From Utricularia gibba (taxonomy: Eukaryota; Plantae; Magnoliophyta), in contig NEEC01000011.1 of the NCBI GenBank assembly GCA_002189035.1, positions 1,426,001-1,490,000 on the forward strand: 64,000 nucleotides of DNA. The letters are read 5' to 3'. A model generated the notes under the pieces. That model made no database searches. It saw only the letters and a list, made by a program, of their open reading frames with translations, and was not told where the DNA came from. This document shows positions 1 through 14,600 of this stretch, one piece after another; the stretch's first letter is position 1; every line of letters begins with the position of its first letter. A program made the position numbers and the translations under genes.

Positions 1-1286
1 TTTCTTTCGCTGATACCATTTTGTTGTGGGGTGTAGGGTGCCAAGAACCTATGTGTCTTGTGAGCTTGCAGTAAGTACAAATGACCTCTGGATGCCACCA
101 ACAAGCAGAGGGTAGTGGTTTTTCTATTTTCAGAAGGGGCATGGATTCTAATTGTTGGGTCTTTCTATGTTGATCGGAGATATCTTGACTTACAATTGAT
201 CATATTGATGCATGGTGTGTGGGGTGGTTGCTTCTTGAGCTTGAAATGCAAACTCATGCGGATTTTGTTGCTCATAATTTAGTTGGCGCATTTCCACTCC
301 TTTAAGGCCCTTTAGGACTTGTTTGGGAGTCATGGTGTGAATGCTACCATAAAAATAGCAGCATTGATTGTTGAGGTTTATTGAGTGGGAATTGTACTAA
401 TAATCTTCATGCAGATTCTGTTGTCGTCGACTACTTCAGCTCATTGACCACTTTAGTCAGGTAGTCGTAGAAGTTGGATATGCTTTGTCCAAGTAGCATT
501 TTAAGATTTTCAAATACTTGCCACTTCAGAGCTTTCTCAAGAACAAGAGTCTGCTGATTTTTTCCGTATGATTCAGCTAGAGTATTCCATGCCTCGAGTG
601 GGGAGGAGCAATTGTTGATTAAGTCGTAAGCATCATCAATGACAGCTTGATCTAGTAGAGATTGAGCTCTGTTGACCTTTTTGGTACAAGTTTCCTTATC
701 TGCATCAATGGTGAGTGGTTCTTGAAGAGAAGGGTCAAAGATCTCCCAAAGTTTTCAGGTTCGGAAGTAGTTGGTCATCTTTTTCGACCAGTTGACATAT
801 TTGGCTGAGTTTCCATTGAAAGTGGGGGGAGGCTGGGAGAATCCGCTTTCCATGCTGCTGGTGGAGTTGTGATTGTAGAAGAAGGTTGGGTGTATGGATT
901 AGAGTTCACGTTAGGTTCACCATGAAAGGAAACATTAGGTATATGAGAGTTTTGAGAAACTTTGTAGTGTTTGCTTGAATGCTTGTATCATTTTGAGATA
1001 TAATACAGGGTATTTATGAACCGTTAATGCCTCAGTAAGAGTTGTTGCCTTATCGTCATGTGCGTGTGGTCTTTGGGCTGTGGGCTTGAATGAGTGGACA
1101 CGGTAGTGAATCCAGCATTCATGACCTCAGTATTTGGCTCCTATCCAGCATGATAAGGCCTAAGTTCTTGAATCAGTGAGTCTTCGTCTTCTCGAACTTG
1201 CGACAAAGCTCGGGTGACTTGACGGTTTCCGGAGCTGACCATGCGAACATTCTTAGAGCCCTCAATTGGGTAATCATCCTCCAACA
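1..1286 (-). mobile_element. Degenerate Ty1/Copia LTR-retrotransposon fragment (probable LTR, gag N-terminus, integrase core), running off the window start
   Basis: Minus strand 1-60 translates KTHRFLAPYTPQQNGISERK (Copia integrase PYTPQQNG.ERK motif). About 865-725 translates MESGFSQPPPTFNGNSAKYVNWSKKMTNYFRT*KLWEIFD (Copia gag N-terminus-like, with a stop). Minus-strand TGTTGG at 1286 is a plausible LTR start; the LTR boundaries are inferred. Confidence 0.7.
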
Positions 1287-1869
1287 AATCACACCCATTA
1301 CATAAAAAGCCAATCTTTTTTCATCTATCGTCAATTCTTTCGTGAGGATAAAACACCAGCAATCCTAAAGAAGATGACGCTCACATTGACAACAATCTAC
1401 CATCAATCGTGTAGCCATTGGCCCAATGTCGACAAAGATGTCCCATTTCACACAAAAAACAGAAAAAAAAGCTTATAAGTTGAAAAGGGATATGCACACG
1501 AAAAAGTAGTATTACAAGTTTTATTCATCATTATCTGAATCTAGAAACCATGCCAAAAAATTAGATCCCGATCTTTGTTCTTTTTGAGTTAATCGGCAAT
1601 TCTGTACTGTCATAGAACACCACAGCCTACGAAATTGAAGATAGCTCCTGATCGAAATAAGACTGCTAGATGGTATCATATTTTATATAACATTTTTTAC
1701 AATTAAAAATTATTTTCCAATAATTAGATATAATTTTTAATATATCTTATATTTTCTAAAAAAATATAATTAAATTATTTTAAAGCATATATTATTTTTA
1801 GTAATTCATGATTTTTATCTAATTAAATACTATCTATAATCATATTATGGACATGTTATGTGTTTTGAA

Positions 1870-2230
1870 TTTATTAAAGTGATTTTATTTAATTTTTAAA
1901 GATTTTAATATTTAATTGTTCAATATTAAAATTAAAAATTCAAATTATGTGATGAATTTTAAAATTATTAAATTTATTGAATTTCTGTTTTAGAGATTAA
2001 TTTAAAAATTATAATATTAATTTTATATTTATTCTAAAAATATATTTATATCATAAAATTAAATTATATAATAATTTAACATATTAAAATTCACAATATA
2101 TATTTTACTTTATTAAATTTTATAATATAATTTTATATTATCTCTCAAAACAATTTTATAATATTAAATTAATTCTATTTATATAATTTTAAAATGATTT
2201 TATTCTAAATTATCTAAAGCACAACTTGAA
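1870..2230 (-). repeat. AT-rich dispersed repeat, copy 1 (reverse complement of about 16078-16410 and 35388-35730); probable non-autonomous DNA transposon
   Basis: Manual alignment: TTTATTAAATTTTATAATATAATTTTATATTA...AATTCTATTT matches the reverse complement of the other two copies. Boundaries are approximate. Confidence 0.6.
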
Positions 2231-2639
2231 ATTATAGAACGAGCTATTCTCAATTATTTTAAATTATTTTAATATTTATTTAATATTTCTAAAATGGGGG
2301 TAATGTTTTATTATGTACTGTTTTGCAAGAGAATGTTTATCATTTCTCAAATTTATTTTTAACATTATTTATAATACACAATCTTTGTCAATTTAATTTT
2401 ATGCAATTTGCATAATGAAAAATAGTGAAAATTTTGGATGACCTTAAACGACAATAACTGCTTTTTTCCTTTTGCCCCCTGAAAAGGGACTAAATCAGAT
2501 TATGTACCCAATGATAATCTTATTTCTAGAATAAAAATTAAAATATTTACTGATTGAATAATTCATTATTCACAAATTATAGCATGAAATAAAAATATTA
2601 TTTTTATGTTTGAATGAGATATTTGAAATAATTTCTTAT

Positions 2640-2718
2640 TGGGCCAGTTGGGCCTTGTTCGATTACGTGATGTATATAATGGGTTTAACCGTTAATTCAG
2701 AAATCGATTATTAGGGTT
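2640..2718. promoter_or_regulatory. Site II elements (TGGGCC x2) plus telo-box upstream of threonine synthase
   Basis: TGGGCC at 2640-2645 and 2649-2654; TTAGGGTT (reverse complement AACCCTAA) at 2711-2718, 35-115 bp before the ATG. This is a known plant promoter module. Confidence 0.55.
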
Positions 2719-2732
2719 AGGATAAGGATTAG

Positions 2733-4247
<1,515 letters not shown>

Positions 4248-5653
4248 GATCAACAGGGGAGGCTCGTGTCAAGCCTCGTACTTCCGGTAAACCGTATAGC
4301 CTGTGTCATTGTTTGGTTTTAGTAACCCCCATGCCAATTCTCCGGTGCTTCATAGTATGCAGGCCAGCTTCTCCAACAGAGTTGCAGCTGATGTGTCTGC
4401 TGGTTAGGATTATCAGAACAGGTGAAGAAGAACTGTTGTTTGGGCTACTTTCTCATTGTTTTTGTAAGTGGGGCTGTGCCCTGTCGTGTACAACTTACAA
4501 GGGAGGTGAAACACAAGGACATGAATGCATTCTTGAGAATTCAAACAACATTTTTACTATTGAACTCCATCATTGTGATGGGAACTTGGACAGGCGGGAA
4601 GGTGAAGTGATGGTTTTTTTTTTTTTTCAAAATTCAAAACTCAACGTCTCATTCCATTGACTTCTAAGTCAATTATTCATCGGTGTGCTGAATTATCGAG
4701 TACTCATAAAAATTAAATGGAATTTTGAAGATGTTAATTATTTAGAATTATTTGAAATTAAATTACATCCATTTGAAATGAACACTTCGGTAATTTGAAT
4801 ATTTTACCTGTGCGTAGAGGTATGACTAATAAAATATTTGATAAATTTGATATTTAATCATATGAATTAAATATTTAAATAATTTTTTTATTAATAATGA
4901 AATGCAAAAATAATTATCAGATAGATTTAAGTAATATCATTATGATAAATGTAATATTATTCTTTTTATAATATTTTTTTATTTCAATTATTTCTTATGA
5001 ATATTTTAATAATATTATATATTAATCTATTTATAAAATTTTAAATAAAGCATGTCATAAAAAATATATGTATAAATAAATATTATACAAATTTAATATT
5101 GAGCAAATTAAAACATTTTACGGAATGATTATTTTGAATTCATTAAACAATTGTTATTTATCCAATGGAATTACAATATTGAAAAAAATAATTTATAAGA
5201 ATTTGGAAGGGGTAGTAGGGTCAACTCCATCTCTCTATTATTTCCAGCGCCATAAATAAATAAATAAATTTCGTTTTTCTTGAATTGTGTATTTGTTGTG
5301 TATACAAAAGCTGGAGCTTGTCGGAACTTGAACGAAATTGTGTTCTGGTCCTGCTACCGGGTGCCGAGGAACCTCCATCTTCGGAGATAACTTGTTTTAC
5401 AGAGCGACTGATTCTCGGAGGGACAGGGGAATTGTAAGGCCGCATTTCGCGTTTTCTTCACTTCTTTTCATGCATTTTTTATTGCTGCAGTTTTGGGTTT
5501 CTTGGATCTGTCAGAGGTGAAGTGAGCTGAGTTCGGGAAGAAAGCTCCGTGTATTTGGTAGTAGTCCACCACTTGTTCGATCGTTTATCTCTTCGATATT
5601 TTGCTCATTCAGCTTTAATTGTTGCTGTTTGGCCCCGTATCAGTGTTCAAGGA

Positions 5654-7000
5654 ATGGGAAAAGCTTCAAGGTGGTTGCGCGCTTTTCTTGGGAAGAAGAA
5701 GGATAAAGACTGTGGAAGTAGCAATTCGAGTTCCGGCGACCGGAAACGGAAGAAAAGGTGGAGTTTTCTCAAGCCTGAAAGTAAGATCCTGGGTCATGCT
5801 CCGGACTTCCCCTCAGCGCGGGTGAAGCCATTCATAGCCGACTCCGATGAGAAAAACAAAGACACCATGGCTCTTGCCAGTGCTACCGCGGCGGTTGCCG
5901 GACTCACTAACCATGCTGGTGGCCCCCTGTTTTCCGGTACTGGCGAGCGGTCGGCTGCTATCTCGATTCAGAGTGCTTTCAGGGGATATTTGGTGAGTAG
6001 TCACTTCCTGTTCCGTTCATGCAAATCCCGTGTCCTTTTTCCTTGCAGACCTGTTGTCCTTGTTGCCCGGTAAGGTTCATACATCATCACCATTTTTCAC
6101 AGGCTCGCAGGGCGCTGAGAGCTTTGAAAGGCATAGTGAAGCTTCAAGCTCTATTAAGAGGCTACCTTGTCAGAAAGCGAGCAGCTGAGACTATTCGAAG
6201 CATGGAAGCCATGATTCGAGCTCAAGCCGCAGTTCAGGCCGAACGCGCTTCTCGTTCGATGCATCGTCGGAATCGATCCAATCAAGGAGCCGCAAACTTG
6301 GTACAAAAGAAACGTTATCATTCAGACTTGATCGAGTTTTTTGAATGCCTTGAATGCAAAGTAACGACTTATTTTGCAGGATGAGTTCCACAGCCAACGC
6401 CTCTCACCCTCCTACTATAACTCTCCAGTGCCGTCGTTCCGTTGCCAAAGCCCGAGAGTAGTGGTGGAGGTCGACGTTTGCAGGCCGGAATCACGATCCC
6501 GGGGAATAATGAGCCCCTACTACCTGCCGGAGTACGGGTACGATAACCGTTACGACCACCTGAAACCGCCGTCCTTTTCTTGCCGGATCCCGAACCATTC
6601 CGATTCCCCCCATTTTCAGAATTTGAACTGCGAATTTGTCGAGGAAGATTATAAATTCCCGACCAGTCAAAGCACTCCAAGGTTCGGTTACATGGGATGG
6701 GCCAACGCTGGCCAGAGAACGCCGGCGAAGAGTGCGTGTGGAGAAGAAGGTTACTTTGGGGGTAAATCCAATTGTCCTAGTTATATGGGGGAAACTCTGT
6801 CCTTTCGGGCGAAGTTGAGGTCTCGGAGCACTCCGAAACACCGGATGGAGACGGGGCCTAACCGGAGGCTGTCCTTGAATGACGCTGTGGGTGCGAGAAT
6901 CAGCCTCGCCGGCGCGAGATTCCGGCGGACTTCATGCCGTCAAGTTGATATTGAAGAAGGGATGCGCAGTGTTCCCAGGACTGGACTCATCATTTTCTAG
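5654..7000 (+). CDS. IQ67-domain (IQD) calmodulin-binding protein with DUF4005; exons 5654-5992, 6103-6300, 6380-7000 (385 aa)
   Basis: MGKASRWLRAFLG start; IQ motifs IQSAFRGYL|ARRALRALKGIVKLQALLRGYLVRKR split by the conserved phase-0 intron; PSYMGETLSFRAKLRSRSTPK (DUF4005); GT-AG introns. Confidence 0.93.
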
Positions 7001-8445
7001 TTAATTTAGTAAGATACATTTCATATCAACTATGAAAATTCCAAGAGATTGAGCCAAATGGAAGATTGACTTCTTTGGGATCATGAATGTGTTGTAATAT
7101 AAATGATTTTAATATGAATTTAGTTGCAAATATAAAGAATATGAGCTAAGGTGAATTTAAATATTTGAATATGAATATAATATAAACGATTAGCAATAAC
7201 TCTATTTTACATTGTATATATAAAGAATAAAAAAGATAAAATTACAAGATACACATGCCAAGTTTTGATAAGCGTAAATAATTTAAGTTTCAATTTTCAA
7301 AATTATCAAAAAAATACATCAAATAATCAAAATTATGTAATAAAAATTTTAAAAAATTATAAAATTATATCAATTCACTGTGTCATGCACTGACTCCAGA
7401 TTTAAACACAATAAAATTTCGTATTAAAATTTTTCGTATTCACATTTAAAGTTCAAGAAATCAAATAATATAATAAAATTGGATGAAATATTTTGTATCA
7501 CGTTCATCTTGTGATGTTTGAATTGGATCAAATTTGATGAAATATTTTGTAACATAAACTATTTGTACTATTTATAATTTTTTAATTATTTAAAATACTC
7601 CTGAAAGTTTTGCTCAATTCATTTAATTAAAATAATATAATAAAAATATATTTTTATTTAAAAAATAATTGTATTACAAAATCATATTATTTTGAATTAA
7701 AGTGTGACGTGGACTGTTTGTGAGACCGAATCAATAAAAATTGAGTATAAACGCAGGTAATATAATATAATATAATGGCAAACATATTAGAGAATAATTA
7801 TTTAATAATATATAATTCAATTATCTGAATTGGGGATTTTTAGTCCCTAGAAAGTCAAAGCGTGGAAAAAAGCACGATCAAATTCTCAAGGCGGTTTGAG
7901 GCGTGGGGAAAAGTTTCTAATTTTAGATCCTTGTCCTTAGGGAAGAATTTCGATTTGGATTTGCGTTCGTCTCATTTTCCGCTGCGTCCAGTGGATACCA
8001 CCCCGCGCAGGGAAGAATTTTGATTTGTTCCTCTCGTTTTCTCTACTTGGTTCAAAAAGGGATATCCGATTGATGTTTTTCGTGTGAATTTCTTTCTGTT
8101 TCCAACCCAAGATTCAATTTTTTATCTCACGCTTGCCCGTTGATGCGGTCGTCGGGAAATTTCTTTATATGAAGGTAACGTGTTTGTGAAAAGTCCTGAA
8201 AAGAACTTGGAGCATTGCTGTTTTCATATTTGTTGCTTCTTTCAACTGTTGTCAACGCATTAAATAAAACCCGTTAATTTAGCCTTTTGTTGTAGATTGA
8301 TGTGCTTGAGTCAAGACTTCTATGAAGATGTGGGAGGTTCATTGGATGCTTATTCCGTTGACTGCAGCTTTGTTGTGTGTTTAGTTGAAAAAACTCATCA
8401 GGAATAGCGTTTTTGGATTGTTGTGATTCTACTTACCACATTTGG

Positions 8446-9363
8446 ATGGCTGATCATTTGATGGCGAGGTCCCAATCCATCTCCACTTCCCATTCGTCAT
8501 GCCCCAACAAGCCACTGCAGGTACCTGACATCAATAAAACTCCTCAAACTGCAGTTACATGCATGTATCAAGCACCTATTGCTGGATATTGCCGGAATGT
8601 TACTGTGTTGTGGACAAAGAACTTGATGAACTACTCATTGAGCTTATTAGTTGACAGTATTCATGGAGATGTTGTTTGTGCATGCAAAATAGACCTTAAA
8701 CCATGGCATTTTTGGGCCAAGAAAGGTTACAAAACATTTGAGGTCGATGGTTCCCAAATTGAGGTGTATTGGGATTTAAGATCAGCCAAGTTTTCTGGCA
8801 GTCCTGAGCCCTGCTCTGATTACTACGTTGCTCTAATTTCTGAAGATGAAGTGGTCTTACTCCTAGGTGACCTCAAGAAGAAAGTGTACAAGAGAACAAA
8901 AGCAAGGCCTGCCTTGGTGGATGCAACCCTTTACTACAAGAAGGAAAATGTTTTTGGCAAGAAGTCCTTTTCTACAAGAGCCAGATTTGATCAGATGAAG
9001 CAGGAGCACGATATCGTGGTTGAGAGCTCACCGATCGGGCCCCGAGATCCCGAATTGTGGATTAACATAGATGGGAATATGGTGATACATGTTACTAACT
9101 TGCAATGGAAGTTCAGGGGCAATGAGAATGTTGTTGTTGACAATCAGCCGGTGCAAGTGTATTGGGATGTTCATTCTTGGTTGTTCGAAGTCCCGGGCTC
9201 AAGTCACGGTCTATTTATCTTCAAATCAGGAGATCAACAAGGAGACAGCACCAACGAAGAGAGCAGCCACTGTGATGATACTACTGAGTGCAGTAGCAGC
9301 AGCCAGAGCTCTTCAAAGAACTCAGAGTTTTGCCTTTTCCTTTATGCATGGAAGATAGAATGA
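8446..9363 (+). CDS. DUF868 family protein, intronless (ATG at 8446 or 8461)
   Basis: CKIDLKPWHFWAKKGYKTF, VYWDLRSAKFSGSPEP, QWKFRGN, VQVYWDVHSWLF and C-terminal FCLFLYAWKIE are typical of DUF868. Confidence 0.92.
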   Translation: MADHLMARSQSISTSHSSCPNKPLQVPDINKTPQTAVTCMYQAPIAGYCRNVTVLWTKNLMNYSLSLLVDSIHGDVVCACKIDLKPWHFWAKKGYKTFEVDGSQIEVYWDLRSAKFSGSPEPCSDYYVALISEDEVVLLLGDLKKKVYKRTKARPALVDATLYYKKENVFGKKSFSTRARFDQMKQEHDIVVESSPIGPRDPELWINIDGNMVIHVTNLQWKFRGNENVVVDNQPVQVYWDVHSWLFEVPGSSHGLFIFKSGDQQGDSTNEESSHCDDTTECSSSSQSSSKNSEFCLFLYAWKIE

Positions 9364-10649
9364 GATTTACAACACTTGCACAGTCTTTATACTGCCTCTG
9401 AAAGATAGATGATCATGACATTCCAAATGTGAGACATTGGGGTTTTTGATAAATAGTTCTAAGTGGTTTTATAAGGTTTTGTTTTTAATAAATATCACAT
9501 TTATGTAAAATTAGTTTTATTTGAAAAAAATCTTTGCTATATTTTTTAAAATTAATTATTTATTAACTTCAGCCTATTTTAAATCATTTTATAATTTATA
9601 TTTAATGTGTTTTTTAATTTTTATTGGAATTCATCTTTACCGTGCTGTATTAAAAATAAAATTTATTCAACAATGATTCGTTATATCAAAATGAATCTTT
9701 CTGATAATTATTAGAATTCATCTCTTTTATTTTTTTAATGTAAAAGAATAATTTTATGTTTGTTACAAAGAAGAAAAAATGACACGAAATCTTTGCAAGT
9801 ATTCTTTCATTTTTCTCTTGAAATAGTGACTTTGCTTCAAAATAGAAGAATATATAACCATTGATAGAAAATATGATTAAGAAATACGGTGAAAATGAAA
9901 AACTCTTCTTATCATTAATCTTTGTTATAAGTACATAAACAAAGAAGAAAGAAACAATGATAGGTTTTTTTTGTTTATTTCTTCACTTCTAATTTTTATT
10001 AAAGTATAAGTATTTAGGTTTTTTTTTTATTTTCTCGAATTATCACCCAAATTTTTTTTGTTCTTCCAAATTATAATTTACTTACTTTATTACTATTTTT
10101 CATAAATCCGTCACTTAGTAGTTTATTCTCCGAAAATCATCAAAAAACATTAAAATTTTCAAAATCCCAGAATAGTGCCCTAAATTGAATTGGAAAAGTA
10201 TCTAAGATTAAAAACTTGTATGAGACTAGGGTTTTGAAGTGCAAGAGAAAAAAAATTTTAATAGATAAAATACTAAAAAACCAAACCAAACACATCTTAA
10301 AAACTGAATACACTTTTGCCAAATCATAGAAGGATACTCTCAATCGTAGTAATTACCAAACAGCCCTTCTACTCTACGCAGGAATCACATTCTAAAGCAG
10401 CATTACATGCTTTTGAAGCCGTCTGTTGTTGCCCACATAGCGCACTCGTACTACGCAGACATCGGAATATGGCCTTTAGAATGGAATCAGAGAAAAAGGA
10501 AAGAATATTCCAGAAGAATCTCATTCCATAGGCACAAGCTTCCAACACTGGAACTGGAACTTGAACTTCTCCCTGTGATGTAAAATCTACATATACACAG
10601 ATCAGACCATTTCATTTCATTTGTATGTGCGGATAGTTTTCCAGTCAAA

Positions 10650-11398
10650 ATGGTGCTTTGCAAGAACCTCAAACTCCTTGTTTTATTTCTGCAACACAAC
10701 TTGGCTGATGATGCTCTGTGCAGGAAGGCGGGGCTGCTGAGGATGGAGCCATAGCCGTGGGGCCTTGGGGCGGCGGCGGAGGGACGGCCTGGGACGACGG
10801 CGCATTCCATGGAGTCCGAGAGATCACCATCGTCTACGCACGTTGCATCGACTCCATATGCGTCACCTACGACAAGAACGGGAAGTCGGTTGCCGGAGCT
10901 CAGCATGGCGGCTCCGGCGGGACGAAGACTGCGCGAGTATGAATGAACGAGCCTTTCTACATGCACCAACAAGTTTGTAACAGCAGCTCATCTGTGTTTC
11001 CTCTGTCGGTTCAGATAAAGCTACAATTCCCGGAGGAAGTGCTAATATCGGCTTCCGGGCACTACTCCCCGGTGACCCACGGCGGCGGGCACGTCCTCCG
11101 GTCGCTGACCCTGAGATCCAATCGATCAGTTTACGGGCCGTTCGGAGTGGAGGAGGGGACACCGTTCAGCTTTCCGATGGAGGGAGGGCAGATCGTTGGG
11201 TTCAGAGGAAGAAGTGGATGGTATGTGGATGCAATCGGTTTCCATATCACGAGATTCAAACCGCAGAAGCCGCCGGCGCAGAAGGCTCAGGTTCAGCACA
11301 GGATCAGAAGGATCGTCAGCTCTCTGTCTCTGGCACCTCCCAGAGATGGTGATCAGAAGGGATGGGGTCTCCAGTCATCAAAACTTGCACCTTTCTAA
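10650..11398 (+). CDS. Single-domain jacalin-related lectin (JAL19-like); exons 10650-10652 (ATG only, tentative), 10724-10936, 11015-11398
   Basis: GPWGGGGGTAWDDG, CIDSI.VTYDKNG, IKLQFPEE, YGPFGVEEGTPFSFP and GFRGRSGWYVDAIG. The internal intron has clear GT-AG ends; the first exon is inferred. Confidence 0.88.
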
Positions 11399-11685
11399 CA
11401 AAACAATACTTTTCGAGCTCATGCAGCATGAGAGAATATTGCCCATAGACTGGGCACAGTTGTATATACACTACAAATGCACCATTAGCTGGAAATGGTG
11501 AAGCATACGCCCAAAACGTTGTGCTGGGGCTGCGTAACATGGCACTAGAACGTAAAAAGGAAAAAACACAGGACTAGAGTAAACGGAATACTATGTTTTA
11601 CTGCGGGTTCCCTGGTTTCATGCTTTCAATTCTGAACTGAGTTTTCAGGAAACCGGAATTCAGGCAAGAGAGGTGATGCAGGAGG

Positions 11686-14600
11686 TCAAGTTTTTGCGCA
11701 TGCCAACAGATGATCTTTGAACATGTCAAGCTCTGCTAGGACCTCATCCTCGGGTCGGTATATCAAGTCGATCATTCTCCAAATCTGCACAACCCGAAGT
11801 CCATCAGATCATGCAAAACCGAGCGAGGAATCACGTTTCCATGTAGCAGTTATATATTAAAGAAAAAAAAAGGTTGATGGCCATGAAGTGTAAAATTCAA
11901 ATGGGGCGTGTCCTTCAGCAACGTGTGTGAATAAGGAAAGATTCTCGTGACCTGTAGTGTGCCTCCCCCACCCGTTTTTTCACCATCTTCCGAAACACTA
12001 ACAATGGTCCACGGGTCGGCAGCATTCCAGTGAAAATCTACCACTTTATCCCTGATGCGTATTATCAAATGTCATTGCTCAAAGTAAGTGATGCTACTGA
12101 AGCATATAATTGGCGAACAAAATGGGAAATACCTATGGCCAGCATGCTTGAAAAATAAACCTGGGGGATACTTTGAGCTTCCAGAACCATCCGTCTTCTC
12201 TATTCCACCTATCTGAATCGGTTTTCAAGATCATAATTAGTGCATGGAAAGCAAATGACCACAAATAAGAATGGTTGATTTTCTACAAGTCTTGCAACAT
12301 TTTGTTTTATACAATTGTTGCAAAAGGTTCATTTATTAACACGGCTCGGATTCATAACTGGTCATGACAGCCACGAACAGCAGCTTCAGGACTCACATTT
12401 TCATAATTCCAAATATTCAGGATGCCATCCTCTGCAGCACTCCCGAATATCGAAGCCTTAGCTGGAGACCACTGAAGTAGAATATTAGGGAGGGAATTAT
12501 AGATAACTAAATAAGACCAAAACTGCGACCCAGCTACGAGTAAGCTCTACTACCTGGACACAAAGGACAGCAGCTGTATGGTCTTCAAATATGTGAACTG
12601 GTGATCCTTCTGTAGAACTAAGCTTTCGTCGATCATACATGTGAATCGTATTATCAGCAGATCTAAAGATAATATTAATGGTCATGATAAGTGTCCAAAT
12701 ATTATCCACAGAAAAGTAATAAATCAGCAACATCATCATACAAAAAGTATCTTGTAACTATGAAGTTGATCTGACGTCCAAAACACAAACATTACCCAGT
12801 CAAGATTAGATTAATGTCATTAGGATTCCAATCAACACAATGAAGATCAGCATTGTGAGCTTTCTCCACCTGCCAGAAGAAATCAAAGGCCAAGCACATC
12901 ATACAATAATGAAACTCAAGATTGCTAAGTTCACATGTATTCCCTATTTAAAACAGCCGATGATAATGATAGATAACACTGTAATGGTGCGCGAGAGAAA
13001 ACAAATCTCAAAAAACCTTGGTTTTATACAAATGAATGTACACAGTTTCCCATGTCTAAAGAGTACCACCATGTCAAGGCACGCACTCATTAGGATCACT
13101 TAGTGCCCACGGCAGATAAGTTTACCTTGATAACAGGAGACAAGCCAGTCCTAGCATCCCATAGTATAAGGCAAGAGTCATCACCAACACTACAGAATTC
13201 CTGGGCACTATAGCCAAAGTCTAAATGAGCAAGTACAAGTACCTCATGCAACAATTTGTTCATAACAGCGTTTACCTGGAACAAGATTAACCAAAATCCT
13301 TTGCATGACGTCGGATCATCTAGAGACAAAAAATAGAAAAGTATAGTGCAGGTAGTGTACCTTGAAGGATTAAATTGGACATCTTCAACTGTAGCCTCGT
13401 GGCCTTGGTAAATCCCTCGTGCTTGAACTTTAGGGCCATCTGTAGCGCCATTAGCAACAACGCCCTTGGAAGATGGAGACTTAGGATTCTTCTGATCGAC
13501 TGCCAGAGATGATACATGATCTTGGATGCTCCATAACACCACAGACTTATCTTTTCCTATCGAAAGTAAATTGAACGACATCACACGGTAAAACAACCAT
13601 AAACCATGATACAAAAAGTTGAAGAGACTCAGGGATACATGGAAATAAGGTACATACCTCCTGAAAGCACAAATGGTTCTGTAGGACACGTGGCTAGGGC
13701 AAATTCAGCGTTTTCTTTATGCCCAGTGAGAGTCTGTCACATAAAGAATAATAAAACAAGATGAAAGAGAGTAAGGAAAATTGTTTTTATACAAAAGTCT
13801 GAAACTGCATATTTCAAAATCAATTCCATGGATGCTTTCATATCAACACCCAAACACTCTTTCAAGCTCCAGTAATATCACCCACTGAAAACCACGCTGG
13901 CGGCATGCACATAAAACATATTTTTAAAGCCAACTGGCAACCTACAAGATCAGGGGATGATGGTGTTGCTCCTAAAACGGGCTGACGATTAGGTTGACCT
14001 TCAACATCCCAAATTAGAACCTGAATGAGAGGCCCAACATTAAAAGAAACCATAAAAAGTACTAGACATCCTAACAGCCTGCCGCTGAGAGGGGGAACAT
14101 GAAAAAAAAATGTTATCTCAATGATTTCTCACGTCAGGGCTGTCGGTGTGAGTGGCCACAATATTGCTATTCTGCGGCAGTTCCCTGATTCTGTTCACCT
14201 GTGATACAACATCGCACATTGATTATAATGCTTTCTCATTCATGGAAAGAAACAACAAACGAACATTTCCTAGAATTTCGCTAAAGATCTCAGCTTTTAG
14301 GTTGATATAACCAAGATGACCAAAGAAAGACACATTACAGTGATTTTTACGCAGTACGCAATGACCAGAAACATCAGCAATAAAGCAGTGATAGCGTCTG
14401 TACCTCCCCTGGATGTATAATTGTCTTGCTCTTCTTCACAAAAGGTGAACGGGATTCTTCATTAAACTGAAGTATCATAGAGCAAGAAACAACAAGTTAA
14501 ATCAAATAGCGATAATCTGAAATCCCTCAAACAGCACAGAGATCATATACTGCATCCAGTAGCTAAGTCACCTGTGCGATGTGCTCAGCAGCGGCCACCC

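Noticed and set aside
4313-4660. 115-aa and 62-aa plus-strand ORFs after threonine synthase
   Set aside because: They start at non-ATG codons, have no recognisable motif and lie in the expected TS 3' UTR.
7939-8028. Short direct repeat AGGGAAGAATTT(C/T)GATTTG x2 upstream of DUF868
   Set aside because: Only about 19 bp and two copies; no basis for a functional call.
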